64,000 nucleotides of DNA, from NCBI RefSeq assembly GCF_964194155.1, contig NC_135909.1:3038001-3102000 (forward strand), given 5' to 3'. This DNA comes from Cetorhinus maximus. Taxonomy: Eukaryota. Positions 1-27,339 of this stretch are shown one piece after another (within the stretch, counting starts at the first letter, position 1; every line of letters starts with the position of its first letter). Both the position numbers and the translations under genes were made by a program. The notes under the pieces were generated by a model that was given only the letters and a program-made list of their open reading frames with translations, did not search any database and was not told the origin of the DNA.

Positions 1-298
1 TGTCAAAGGTGCAATCTTTGGGGTGAAACTTTAAACTGAGACCCAGCTGTCTTGTCAATGCCTGGCACTATTTCAAAGAACAGGAGTTTTCAGGGTGTCC
101 AACATTAGTTTTAAAACATGAAGGAATGCTCTGGGGACACGAAAGGTGTGATATCAGTACAGAAATGTATAATAAAACAAGCAAAAAGCAAATTTGCTGC
201 CTTGTGAAGTAGGAGTATGTTTTAATTTTAAAGTTTTGTTATGATGAGCAGTGTTTGTGTCACTCAGCTGTGAAGCCTTGGTTCCTGCACAGGATGAA

Positions 299-1590
299 GG
301 GCGGAATTTTCTGTGCCCATTGGCGGCAGATGTGTTTGGCGGCATGAGCAGACAATAGGGCGAGAAGACCAAAAGGGTTTCACAACGTTGTGAAACCAGT
401 TTGCAGTTGTCCGCTCCGTCCGTGAATGGCAGGCCATGTTTCCTGTCGTCGGGCATCAGAAACTTCATCGTAATACATCTGCATATCATCATAAGCCCAG
501 CTTGCTGGAAACATCCCCCACACTGGATCGTCTGGGCACGTCGGCGTGCTGTTTCACAACTGTACATAAGCGACGTGGCACCTGGCGAGCTGGGCTTCGC
601 TCGCGACTTCGAGGTTTGTTTGTCTACCTTGCTTCGGGCAGCACTCGCAGTCATCAGCGCCAGACTTTGCAGACAGCACCACATCATTTTTACGGGGGCT
701 CCACGGGCAGGTCTCCTCCTACCAGACCAGCCATAAAGGCTGGGGTGGCTTTCCAATGGCTGCAGGGCTAGGGCTGGTTTGGGGAAGTGGGGGGAAGTGA
801 CCTCAGGCAAGAGAAAAGGCTGCAGGGCAAAGGCTGTACTGGGGAAGGGGAGTATCCCAGGGTGTGTGTGGGTGCACAAGTTGACCTGTGCAAGTGGCCT
901 CAAGATGCTGAGGGCTGAGGAGGCAGTCTCCAGAGGAGATGAGGCCGGATGGAGATGTGAGGGTGTGTATGAGAGAGTAATGATGTCCCTTGAGCTGGCA
1001 GTGAGTGAGATGCCAGTGAATGTGTGATGGGCTTGAATGTGTCCTTGGTTGCCTTACCCTGGCGGCATGGATAAGACGGATGAGATCATTCATCCTCTTT
1101 CTGCGTTGGATGGCCAACCTCTCCTGTGCAGCATTGGCACTGATCACCACCGCCATTGCCTACCAAGCCGGAGTGGTGAGGTTGCTGCCCTTCCTGCAGC
1201 CAGAGCGGGGCTAGAGGAGATCGCGGCAGGCCTCCATGGCATCCAAAAGGTGCTCCAGGGATGTGTCACTAAACCTGGGGAGGGGGAGCTGCAGTCTTCT
1301 TCCCTTTCGGGGCCTTGTGTTCTATACAGCGGCCCTGGGAGCACTGAGAGCTGTGCGCTTGGCTACACTTCAAACATGGTGCCCGGCGTGATGAAGCTAC
1401 GAGGTGATGGAGTGGCGAGCGAGTCGGAGCCCGCCTGCCATCGAAACTGTGTGTTTCCTGGGAACGTACGATTAATGAGGCAGGACTGGGATGATATGGC
1501 GTGAAAAGCTGCCCCTTGCGGCCGGCAAGTAAAACGCTCTTTTTCTCTGCCCGCTACTGCACTTAGTGCAAATCAGGGACGACTCTGCCC
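299..1590 (-). mobile_element. PIF/Harbinger-type DNA transposon remnant with a decayed Myb/SANT-like ORF
   Basis: Ends GGGCGGAATTTT ... GACTCTGCCC form an imperfect TIR. The minus strand at ~1060-1290 reads PRFSDTSLEHLLDAMEACRDLL*...PAW*AMAVVISANAAQERLAIQRRKRMNDL, typical of Harbinger Myb/SANT proteins. Confidence 0.65.
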
Positions 1591-3139
1591 AAAGGCAAGT
1601 GTCTCAGTCCAGGGCCTCTTCCCTGTGCAGTGTGCGACCTTCAGATCAAAATGACGGTCCGGCTTCACAATCACTGGACACATTACTGATGCCTGCACCT
1701 CGATGGTGCTTGTCATTGCTGCCAGAATGTCGTGGGCAGGCATCACAGAGTTCTGTCATTCTCCCTGTGTACTTTTTGTTGAGGTGGGGCTACCCACCCC
1801 ACCCACCCACCCCCAACACACCCCCTGATAAATTCACATTTGCTTTATTGAATCATCCACAACTCCACAGTACAAAACCCAAAATTTAAAACAACCTATT
1901 CCCATTGCCCGACACAAAGTCACCACGACTCAGTTAAAACTTACAAAAACACAGGCAAAAACACCACGTCCTGTCCTGAAACCTTAAGGACAAAAAAAAA
2001 CCCTCAGAACAATATCACCAAGATATGGCTGAAACAAGTTACAAAGTACCGGCAAAAAACACCCAATTTTTTACCCCAAACCTTCACAAAAACCCCCAGA
2101 CCAATATCGCTACGATTTGGCTGAAACTTACAATCCCCGAGACGGCTGGCCTGTCAGGTGTTGACTGGAGGCCTGAGTCAAGGTGACCAAACTCAACCCT
2201 CCTTTTGACTGCAGCTCAAAACCTTCAGGCCAGTATCACCACGATATGACTGAAAACACTTACAATCCCCAACGTGGCTGGTCTGTCTAGTGTTGTCTAG
2301 TGTTGCAAGCCAAGCTGACCCTTCCTGACCCTCCTTCTTGACTGCAGTGCCAAACCCTTCACTCCTGTCCTTTTTATGATGATCCTTTTCGAAATATCAT
2401 GAATACGTTTCCTGAGGCCATCCTGCTGGATGGTTAGTGCTTAGCACCTTCTTTGATCCTTCAAGTCTGTTCCAGACAGACCTACAGAGTGCTGCTGTTG
2501 TTTCCACAACTGAAAACAATGAATCCCACCAAAACTGATCTTTATGTGAAAGGTTTCTCTCCTTCCGTGACAGGAGTGAGTGGATGTTGTCTGGGGCCAC
2601 CGGGTTGTGACAATGGCCTCCTTCATTTCTTAATTAGATTACATGATGGTGGTTATCCTGTGTTCACTCCTGTGATGATGTCTTAAAGTCCCGTCCTTTT
2701 AATAGCATGAGTACTGTTGTGATGTTGGAATGTCTGGGATTAACCCCCGCCCCACAGTGTAGCCTGCCTCGGTGTGTTTTGTTTTGAAGCTGGGCTTTCA
2801 TTTACAGTACTTGTGTCTGTGGAGGTTGAATAATTCCTTGAGTATATTGTATTGATGATATGTCCTTTGTACCATTGTATTGGGTAATCAGACTTCTTGA
2901 TCGCGTTAGTCAATGTCCAAACCCTTTTGATGAGTCACTGTGTTTCCACTAAATGTCCGAATTAACCCCTTGCTGTCCAGCCCTGGACTGCTGTCTGCAG
3001 CTTATCGTTTTGAAATTTATAGTTCCAATCATGAGGTAAAAACATGTCCATAGGTTTGAAATTATGTTCCATAAATTTCCCAGTTGGAGGGGATTTCAAT
3101 CTTGCATCCTGGAATCTAGCGACTATAAGGATCTCTGTT

Positions 3140-3425
3140 GCGTCTCCACAACATGTACCTGATCACTAAGGGTAGGTGCGCTGCCATCAGTCACAAAGGA
3201 GTCAATCTTTCACAGATGCAAGGTGAAGACTGTCCTCACTGCATCTCGTCATCATCCTCCATGAATCTTGCGGCTATGAGGGCCTCGCGAGCGCGCTTGC
3301 CTCGTCTGGCCAGCGTAATGGCCTCATCGACGGCATCCTTGCCTTCGAGGACCTCATCATAGTCATCCCCTTTAACGTCCTCCTCATTGGAGGATACCTG
3401 CAGCTCCTTCTTCTCCTCCTCAGCT
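3140..3425 (-). mobile_element. Harbinger transposase C-terminal remnant
   Basis: Minus-strand acidic tail ...EEDVKGDDYDEVLEG...RRGKRAREALIAARF, resembling HARBI1-type C-termini. Confidence 0.5.
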
Positions 3426-3434
3426 TTGTTGACC

Positions 3435-6400
3435 CTGCAAAGTCCTCCTGACTAACATCTGGGGGCTTGTGCCAAAATTGAGAGAGCTGTCTCTCAGACT
3501 ACTCAAGCAACAGCCTGACATAGTCATACTCACGGAATCATACCTTACAGATCATGACCCAGACATGATCATCACCATCCCCGGGTATGTCCTGTCCCAC
3601 TGACAGGACAGACCCAGCAGCGGTGGTGGCACAGTGGTATAAAGTTGGGAGGGAGTTGCCCTGGGAGTACTCAACATTGACTCCAGCCCCCATTAAGTCT
3701 CATGGCATCAGGTCAAACATGGGCAATGAAACCTCCTGCTGATTACCACATACTGCCAACACCCCTCAACTGATGAATTAATGCCCCTCCATGTTGAACA
3801 GCACTTAGAGGAAGGAAGGGTGCAGAATGTACTCTGGATGGGGTCTTCAATGTCCATCACTGAGAGTGGCTCAGTAGCAAATAAATACTGTAGCTACAAG
3901 AGCAGGTCAGAGGCTAGGAATCCTATGACGAGAACTCACTTCCTGACTCCCCAAAGCCTGCCACCATCTACAAGGCACAAGTCAGGAGTGTGATGGAATA
4001 CTCCCCACTTGCCTGGATGAGTGCAGCTCCCACAACACTCAAGAAGCTTGACACCGTCCAGGACAAAGCAGCCCACTTGATTGGCACCACATCCACAAAC
4101 ATTCACTCCCCCCACCACCGACGCACAATAGCAGCAGTGTGTACCATCTACAAGATGCGCTGCAGGAATGCACCAAGGATCCTTCAACAGCACCTTCCAA
4201 ACCCACGACCTCTACCATCTAGAAGGACAAGGGCAACAGATAGACGGGAACACCACCACCTGGAAGCTCCCCTCAAGTCACTCACCATCCTGACTTGGAA
4301 ATATATCGCCGTTCCTTCACTGTCGCTGGGTCAAAATCCTGGAACTCCCTAATAGCACCATGGGTGCACCTACATGACATGGACTGCAGTGGTTCAAGAA
4401 GGCAGCTCACCACCACCTTCTCAAGAGCAATTAGGGATGGGCAATAAATGCTGGTCCAGCCAACGAAGCTCACATCCCGAGAATGAATAAGAAAAGACAG
4501 GTCACCAAGCCGCCTGCCACAGGTGCATCTGTCCATGACAGTATTGGTGGGAGTGACCACCGCACAGTCCTTGTGAAGACGAAGTTCCATCTTTCTTTTG
4601 AGGATACCCTCCATCGTGTTGTGTGGCACTACCACCATGCTAAATGGGGTAGATTTCGAACAGATCTAGTAACTCAAGACTGGGCATCCTTGAAGCATTG
4701 TGAGTCATCAGCAGCAGCAGAATTGTACTCAAACGCAATCTGTAACCTCATGGCCCAGCATATCCTCCACTCTACCATTAGCACCAAGCCAGGAGGTCCA
4801 CACTGGTTCAATGAAGAATGCAGGAAGACATGCCAGGAGCAGCACCAGGCACAAAAATGCAGTGTCAACCCGGTGAAGTTACAACACAGGACTACGTGTG
4901 TGCCAAACAGCATAAGCAGCAAGTGATAGACAGAGCCAAGTGATTCCACAATCAACGGATCAGATCTAAGCTCTGCAGTCCTGCCACATCCAGTCATGAA
5001 TTGTGGTGGACAATTAAACAACTCACTGGAGGAGGAGGCTCCACAAATATCCTCATCCTCAATTATGGTGGAGCCCAGCACATCTATGCAAAAAAGCATT
5101 CGCAACAATCCTCGGCCAAAAGTGCCGAGTGGATGATCCAGCTCAGCCTCCTCTGGAGATCCCCTATCATCACAGATGCCAGTCGTCAACCAATTTGTTT
5201 CACTTCATGTGACATCAAGAAACAGCTGAAGGCACTGGATTCTGCAAAGGCTATGGGCCCTGACAATAGTCCAGCAATGGTACTGAAGACTTGTGCTCCA
5301 GAGCTTGCCGCACGCTGAGCCAAGCTGTTCCAGTACAGCTACAACACTGGCATTTACCTGGCAATATGGAAAATTGCCCAGGTATGTCCGGTATGCAAAA
5401 AGCAGGACAAATCCAACTCAGCCAATTACCACCCCATTAGTCTACTCTTGATCATCAGTAAATTAATGGGAGGGGTCATCAACAGTGCTATCGAGCAGCA
5501 CTTGCTTAGTAATAACCTGACATCCAGTTTGGGTTCCACCAGGGCAACTCAGCTCCGGACTTCATTACAGCCTTGCTTCAAACATGGACAAAAAAGTTGA
5601 ACTCTAGAGATGAGGTGAGAGTGACTGCCCTTGTCATCAAGGTAGCATTTGACCGAATGCGGCATCAAGGAGCCCTAGCAAAACTGGAGTCAATGGGAAT
5701 CAGGGGGGAAACTCTCCGCTGGTTGCAGTCATACCTAGCGCAAAGAAAGATGTTGTGGCTTTTGCCGGAGGTCAATCATCTCAGTTCCAGGAGTTCACTG
5801 CAGGAGTTCTTCAGGGTAGTGTCCTCGGCCCAACTATCTTCAGCTGCTTCATCAATGACCTTCTGTCCATCATAAGGTCAGAAGTGGGGATGTTCGCTGA
5901 CAATTGCACAATGTTCAACACCATTCACGACTCCTCAGATACTGAAGCAGCCCATGTCCAAATGCGGCAAGACCTAGACAATATCCAGGCTTGGGCTGAC
6001 AAGTGGCAAGTAACATTCACGCCACACAAGTGCCAGGCAATGACCATCTCCAACAGGAGAGAATCTAACCATCGCCCCTTGACATTCAATAGCAGTACCA
6101 TCGCAGAAACCCCACTATCAACATCTTGGGGATTACTATTGACCAGAAACTGAAGTGGACTAGCCCTATAAATATTGTGGCTACAAGAGCAGGTCAGAGA
6201 CTGGGAATTCTGCCGCGAGTAACTCACCTCCTGACTCCCCAAAGCCTGTCCACCATTTACAAGGCACAACTCAGGAGTGTGATGGAATACTCCCCACTTG
6301 CCTGGATGAGTGCAGCTCCCACAACACTGAAGAAACTGAACACCATCCAGGACAAAACAGCCTGTTTGACTGGCACCCCATCGACAAACATTCATTCCCT

Positions 6401-6692
6401 CCACCTCCGATGCACAGTGGCAGCAGTGTGTACCATCTACACGATGCACTGCAGGAACTCACCAAGGCTCCTTAGGCAGCACCTTTCAAACCCACAACCG
6501 CTACCATCTAGAAGGACAACGGCAGCAGATACATGGGAACACCACCACCTGGAAGTTCCCCTCCAAACCACTCACCATCCTGACTTGGAAATATATCACC
6601 TTACCTTCACTGTCACTGGATCAAAATACTGGAACTCCGTCCTTAACAGCACTATAGGTGTACCTACACCACAGGAACGGCAGCTCACCATC
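3435..6692 (+). mobile_element. Decayed CR1/L2-group LINE (endonuclease and RT remnants) with a nested 3' copy of the same family at ~3880-4495
   Basis: Remnant peptides QQPDIVILTESYL, GPDNSPAMVLKTCAPELA, QGSVLGPTIFSCFINDL, FADNC and IYKAQLRSVMEYSPLAW, with many frameshifts and stops. Confidence 0.9.
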
Positions 6693-8757
6693 TGTCATGA
6701 AAGTATAAAAATTTTCATAATATTTTTCTGGTTTATTGTGAAGTAGGTTTATGGGGGTAAGTATAATTGGGTCTGTCTGCGTGTAATTTAATTATGTTTT
6801 GTAGTCAAGTGGACTTCAAGCTTTAAACCATCAAAAGAAACTGGGAGCTTGACATGCCAATGAGTAAGCATGGATGCTGGTTTAGCATGTAAGGTGTGAA
6901 GGGAAATTGCATTTTTTGATAAATGAAGGGAGATTTGGATTTCAAAGATCTCTAAGTCTGGTTAAGACTAGCCAGATAAGCAAGGCTAAGGAACGTGTTT
7001 ATTTTTCCCAAAGGTTACTGATAATGTTGGCAACATTAAAATTTTTATATTATGAGGAAGATGCAGTTTCAAAGACATATGGAACAATAGAATTTACATA
7101 TTAAAAAGAGAGAAACACTTTTAAAGGAGAATGAAAGGTTATGTGTGCGAAGACCATGTAAGACCTAACAGGATTGTGTGAAATAGCCTTAATGAAGCTT
7201 CCAGCATTTGTGCGTAAGTCATAGAGTCATATAGCACAGAAACAGGCCCTTCTGCACATCGTTTCCATGTTGGCCATCAAGCCCCTATCTATTCTAATCC
7301 CATTTTCCAGCACTTGGCCCATAGCCCTATATGCTATGACGTTTCAAGTGCTCATTTAAATGGTTCTTACATGTTGTGAGCGTTCCTGCCTCTACCACCC
7401 CCTCAGGCAGTGTGTTCCAGATTCCAACCACCCTCTGGGTGAAAAAGTTTCTCCTCAAATCCCCTCTAAATCCTGCCCCTTACCTTAAATCTATACCCCC
7501 TGCTTATTGACACCTCCACTGAGGGAAAACGTTTCCTCCTATCTCACCTATCCATGCCCCTCATAATTTTGTACACCTCTATCAGGTCCCCCCTCAGCCT
7601 TCTCTGCTCTAAGGAAAACAACCCTGGCCTATCCAGTCTCTCTTCATAGCTGAAACGCTCCAGCCCAGGCAACATCCTGGTGAATCTCCTCTGCACCCTC
7701 TCCAGTGCAATCACATCCTTCCTATAGTGTGGCGGCCAGAACTGCACACGGTACTCCAGCTGTGGCCTAACTAGCGTTTTATGCAGCTCCAACATAACCT
7801 CCCTGCTCTTATATTCTATGCCTCGGCTAATAAAGGGAAGCATCCCATTTGCCTTCTTAACCACCTTATCTACCTGTGCTGCTGCCTTCATGGAGCTATA
7901 GACATGTAGACCAAGGTCCCTCTGATCCTCTGTACCTCCTCTGCTCCTAGTATTCATTGTGTATTCCCTTGCCGCGTTAGCCATCCCAAAATCCATCATC
8001 TCACACTTATCAGGATTAAATTCCATTTGCCACTGCTCTGCCCGTTTTACCAGGCCATCTATATCGTCCTGTAATCTAAGGCTTTCCTCCTCGCTATTTA
8101 CCACACCACTAATTTTCGTGTCATCTGCAAACATACTGATCATGCCTCCTATGTTCAGGTCTAAATCATTAACGTACACTACAAACAGCAAGGGTCGCAG
8201 CACCGATCCCTGCGGTACGCCACATGTCACAGGCTTCCCAGTCGCAAAAACAACCTTCGACCATCACCCTCTGCATCCTGCCACTAAGCCAATTTTGGAT
8301 CCAGTTTGCCAAATTGCCCTGAGTCACATGGGCTCTTACCTTCTTGACCATTCTCCCAGGCGGGGCCTTGTCTGCCGTCTAACTAAACGGAAATTGGGGA
8401 AAATGCCATTTGGAATTCCACTGTGCAGGGTATTGAGTCAACTTGCTGAGTTTATTTTACATCTAAAATTTATTTTGGACCGTTGCCTTAAAGGGAGTGT
8501 AACCAGGAGTCAGGTTAATTAGGAATTTTAGGAGTTATTATAATAGTAATTGTAGCCTTATGCATGTGCTTGAAATCTTTTATTTTGTTAATAAACGTTT
8601 TAATTTAATCTTTAAAGTCTCTAAAGGGTCTTGGTGTCTGAATTCAGTGCGCACATCTCGTAATAAATACAAATTGCAAAACCGTCGTGATTGCGCGACC
8701 AGGTTTCCCTCGAGGATTCGGTCCACCTGGCGCAGCATCATCTGCCAGGTCAAAGCA
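6693..8757. mobile_element. Solo LTR-like element (TG...CA) interrupted by a CR1 LINE
   Basis: Starts TGTCATGAAA and ends ...CAAAGCA, with near-identical flanks CCATC/CAATC. Similar in inverse orientation to 40351-41210. Confidence 0.55.
7218..8365 (-). mobile_element. CR1 LINE 3' fragment (RT C-terminus and 3' UTR)
   Basis: ORF 7544-8230: GVPQGSVL...FADDTKISG...LVRPQLEYRVQFW...LEQRRLRGDLIEVYKI. Confidence 0.92.
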
Positions 8758-8959
8758 CAATCAGGAGTGGGCAATAGATGCTGTCCAGACCAGAGACGCC
8801 CACGTCCCGTAAATGAATGTAAGATCCCCCCCTTCTTCCCTCCCCCTCCTTCCCTCCCCCTCCTTCCCTCTTCAGCGCCAGGTTGTGGAGTGTGCAGCAA
8901 GCGAACAATGATGCCCACCTGTCAAACCTCGACTTTTTGGCTGAGGGAGCAAGATGGCG

Positions 8960-9228
8960 GCACCTCCCAGCGGACAGCTCCTGGAAATAAATGGCGGGAG
9001 CTGCGGCCGGCCGCATCACGTGGGGGGAGGGATAGAGGGCGGGGCCACGCCGGCTGAGCGACGTAGGTGCGCGGGTGACGTGATTGCGTAGTGACGCACA
9101 TCATCAGGCCTTCTCTGCCGCTGGCGTAGTGGCTGTCGGACGCTTGGTGCTTGCTTTGTCTGGACGGGATCAGCTTATATTTTTTTCCCCCCCCTTCCAA
9201 AAAAAGAAAATTTCGGTTCATTGCGACC
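8960..9228 (+). promoter_or_regulatory. CpG-rich POLR2G promoter / 5' UTR
   Basis: CpG-dense region directly upstream of the ATG, with a YY1-like AAATGGCG (~8989), a GC box GGGCGGGG (~9037) and TGACG half-CRE sites. Confidence 0.6.
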
Positions 9229-23338
<14,110 letters not shown>

Positions 23339-23764
23339 AGTGGCCGGTGACCCTTCAAAGCTGGCGTGGGGGTCAGGGGGAGGGGGGCAGACACCAGCCG
23401 AAGATCACCCCTTCCCTCCCTGATGCAATGCCCCCCGTCTCCACCTCTCGAAACCCGTTCGACATCACTGGGCCCCGGGCCTGTGCTTGCGCGGCGAGGA
23501 TTAAAGCGACGCCCCTGGTTTAAGCAGGGCCGGCGACGGCCTGGTTTGGTGTCACAGGATGCACTTCCGGCAGGAACCTCCTGCCCCTCTGAACGGATCA
23601 GCTCCCAAGCTGAGCTCGACACAGCGATCTGGCTCTCCTTTGGCAGCAGGCACACGCCCGTACAGTCTCATTATCCCCACCTCTCCTCCTCTTCCTCCCC
23701 CAACACACACACACTCATCTCTCCTTTGACGGTGACTTGGCAGAATGACAAAAAAGACACCTAC

Positions 23765-24030
23765 AATAAAAGCAAAACGCTGCAGATGCTGGAAAGCTGA
23801 AGTAAAAGCAGAAAATGCTGGGAAAATCCGGCAGATGTGTGGAGAGAGAAACAGAGCTGACGTTTTAAGCCTGTGTGACTTCTTCAGAGCGAGATATTCT
23901 ACTGCAGAAGCAGCAACAGCTCTGAAGAAGGGTCGTACGGACTCGAAACGTAAACTCTTGTCTCTCTCTCTCTCTCTCCACAGACGCTGCCAGGCCTGCT
24001 GAGTTTTTCCAGCATTTTCTGTCTTTATTA
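23765..24030. mobile_element. Penelope-type palindromic terminal repeat with a hammerhead-like core
   Basis: Inverted arms (AAATGCTGG...GGAGAGAGAAACAGAG / CTCTCCACAGACGCTGCC...CCAGCATTTT). Core CTGAAGA-AGGGTC-GTACG-GACTC-GAAAC-GTA at 23922-23952. Related copies at ~9650-9760, 11695-11790, 31685-31890, 46630-46870 and 61795-62050. Confidence 0.75.
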
Positions 24031-24992
24031 GAAACGACCCCTTGACCGGCCTGATTTACCCCCCTCCCTCCCCCCATTGTGGTTTCACACGCGTTACAGC
24101 GACACTCGTTCCGCATCTCGGCGCACAGAACCCCAAGCCAGGAGTGCAAAACCTGCCCTCTGCTTCAGACCCAGCAGCACACGGCAAGGACATTCCAACC
24201 ACCCCCTCTTCCAGCGCCCCAACGGCAGCATCCAGTCAATCGCCGTTTGCGCCCAGGACCTGTAGAATTTACCGTGGCGAGCGGCAGCCGATTTTTCTGC
24301 CTGGCTGCCCAGACCCGCCCCAGTTTCGGCAAGAGTTGTGACTCCTCCTGTTCGTCGGCGCATCCAGGATGTAGGGTGAAGTCTGACGTCATGTTCCTGA
24401 ATACAGGAGATTTGTGATCCCCCATGTGTGAAAAATATTCCACATCTGTCCTTCCTGTGACTGAATTTTTTTTTTCTTGTTTTGTATATAATCATGTGAC
24501 AAGATAATCCAATAAAGAAATATCGGTTGAGCCGGAAACCTGTTGTTCTATTTTGGGTTTGAGCACAAGACTTCAGTTCCAAACCAGAGAGTTTCACTTC
24601 CTTCTGTGTAAATTTAAGCTCGTTAAAGGCGGTGAAATTTAAACCCCTCGTTTGAAATTTGAAACTGATTAAAATGGTGCAGCCAGGAGTGTAACACTAA
24701 CTTGTTGATCAATGTGTTGAAAGTAGTACACAGAGGGCATTAAATGCTTGTGGCCTTTTATACAAGAGGTGGGTTCTGAATCTGCACCAGGAGCTCTGCG
24801 AGATTCTGTCTCTGTTGACTAAGGAGTGTGTTGTGGCTGTGGCTGTGATCTTCTGAAGAAAACGCAGATTTTTGATTTCAAGATAGTTGACGCTCTTTCA
24901 AGTGGTGTGACTGACCCAGCAGCATGTTCAGATTGACTGCTGCTGTGATCTTACCACAACTTTGGGGTAAAATCATCTGTGTTCCAGCACTT

Positions 24993-26100
24993 TGATGGGG
25001 ACAGGTCTGTCGCTGTATAATACTGGGGTACAGTACTGGTGGGGATGGGTCTGTCGCTGTATAACACTGGGGTACAGTACAGGTGGAGACAGGTCTGTCA
25101 CTGTATAACACTGGGGTACAGTGCTGGTGGGGACAGGTCTGTCGCTGTATAACATTGGGGTACAGTACTGGTAGGGACGGGTCTGTCACTGTATAACACT
25201 GGGGTACAGTACTGAATACTGGGGACGGGTCTGTCACTGTATAACGGGTACAGTACTGGTGGGGATGGTCTGTCACTGCATAACACTGGGGTACGGTACT
25301 GGTGGGACAGGTCTGTCGCTGTATAACACTGGGGTACAGTACTGGTGGGGACAGGTCTGTCGCTGTATAACATTGGGGTACAGTACTGGTGGGGACAGGT
25401 CTGTCGCTGTATAACATTGGGGTACAGTACTGGTGGGGATGGGTCTGTCCCTGTATAACACTGGGGTACAGTACTGGTAGGGACAGGTCTGTCACTGTAT
25501 AATACTGGGGTACAGTACTGGTGGGGGCGGGTCTGTCACTGTATAACACGGGTACAGTACTGGTGGGGATGGTCTGTCACTGTATAACACGGGTACAGTA
25601 CTGGTGGGGATGGGTCTGTCACACTATAACACTGGGGTACAGTGCTGGTGGGGACAGGTCTGTCGCTGTATAACATTGGGGTACAGTACTGGTGGGGACA
25701 GGTCTGTCACTGTATAACACTGGGGTACAGTACTGGTGGGGATGGGTCTGTCACACTATAACACGGGTACAGTACTGGTGGGGACAGGTCTGTCACTATA
25801 ACACGGGTACAGTACTGGTGGGGACAGGTCTGTCGCTGTATAACATTGGGGTACAGTACTGGTGGGGACAGGTCTGTCACTGTGTAACGGGTACAGTACT
25901 GGTGGGGACAGGTCTGTCACTGTATAACACTGGGGTACAGTACTGGTGGGGATGGGTCTGTCACTGTATAACATTGGGGTACAGTACCGCTGGGGATGGG
26001 TCTGTCACTGTACAACACAGGTACAGTACTGGTGGGGATGGGTCTGTCACTGTATAACACGGGTACAGTACTGGTGGGGATGGTCTCTCAGTGCATAACA
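24993..26100. repeat. ~44-bp minisatellite, ~25 copies
   Basis: Unit GGGGACAGGTCTGTCGCTGTATAACATTGGGGTACAGTACTGGT. Confidence 0.95.
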
Positions 26101-27339
26101 CGGGTTCTGGATTGGTGAGAAACAGGATGCTGTGGGTGGGGTTGAATATGAATGCAGCCTAGGGATAACACATCTGCCACCTTAGTTTCCTCCCAAAGGT
26201 TTGATAATAGTTCACCATTCACACAAAAGCTGCTGATGACTCCCATGTAAGAAGTTCAACCATTTTATTTCAGCACAAGCAAATCTATTATTTACAAGCA
26301 CTCCGAACAGCTTACTGCACGGCAGCTTAATGTATTTTGTCTCTGCTTCGCGCTGCCCCAGGCACAATGTATAAATGTGTGTTGGTGGGGGGGCAGGTAG
26401 CTGAATTAAAGCGACTTCAATCCCACTCTCGCTCGAATATTTGCCAGCCGAAGCAGGCTTGCAAACGATGGGGTTCACCCAGCTGGTTTAATTCGACACC
26501 CACCACCACCCCCCGCCTATTCCCCAGCCACCTCGACACCTCAGCAGCCTCAGACCCGCGTCTGAATCTGGAATGCTCCCAGTCTGTGCGGACTGCCGGG
26601 ATGTTTGCTGCGCTAAACCGGAACATCGCAGGAGTTGAAGTGCCCTCCCAATCCTTGCACGGGCAGTCCTGTTAAAAAAAAAAACAGCAGCAGAGTGCCA
26701 GCCCTGCCCCGATCCTAACCGGAAAATACCCGCGGAGATACCGGACCCTGCCTGGAAACTCACCGCAGCTCCCACGGTCAGTGACTCCACCTGTCGCAGC
26801 CGCTTAACGCCTGCTACTTTGCACTCTGCCCTGTGGCCCAGTGGAAGTGGAAAGGACTCTCCCTTTGCCTCTTCCAGGGTGCATCAGGCAGTTTGTAACC
26901 TGGCCCCGGGATCCGAGGCACTGCTTGTGCAACACGTTTGCTGCTCAAGACAGACGGTTCAGCCAAGTCGGCGGGGCATTTGGAACAAGTACTGACAACC
27001 ATTTAGCCAGAGACCTAACCAGTGAACCAGAACCCACACCCCATGCTCAAGGTGCTGAAAACTGCGGCCTTTGGGTTAGAAATTACACTTTCAGGATCTA
27101 GCTCCCTGGACCCTGGCAGTGGCCAGGAGGGTGTTGGGGAGATGGGAGGCGGATCTCCACAGCAGATCAGGTTTCTACACTTACTTATGGGCATTGTGGC
27201 AGACTGTTTCTGCATACTTTTTAAAAAGGAAAATCTACACCAGTTTCCCCTGGTTGGACATCACTGGGAAATTAAGACAAGGTGCTTGAGGCCGTCTGCA
27301 GAGGAGTGCCAGGTTTCCTGGGCAAGATGCTTGTTGGAG

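Noticed and set aside
8860-8935. HARBI1-like host gene (ACCTLHNLA)
   Set aside because: It is an isolated ~25-codon transposase scrap without the rest of the DDE domain.
24993-26100. Regularly spaced repeats resembling a CRISPR array (also 17020-17627 and 54035-54480)
   Set aside because: They are head-to-tail units without unique spacers, with no cas genes, in a vertebrate context.
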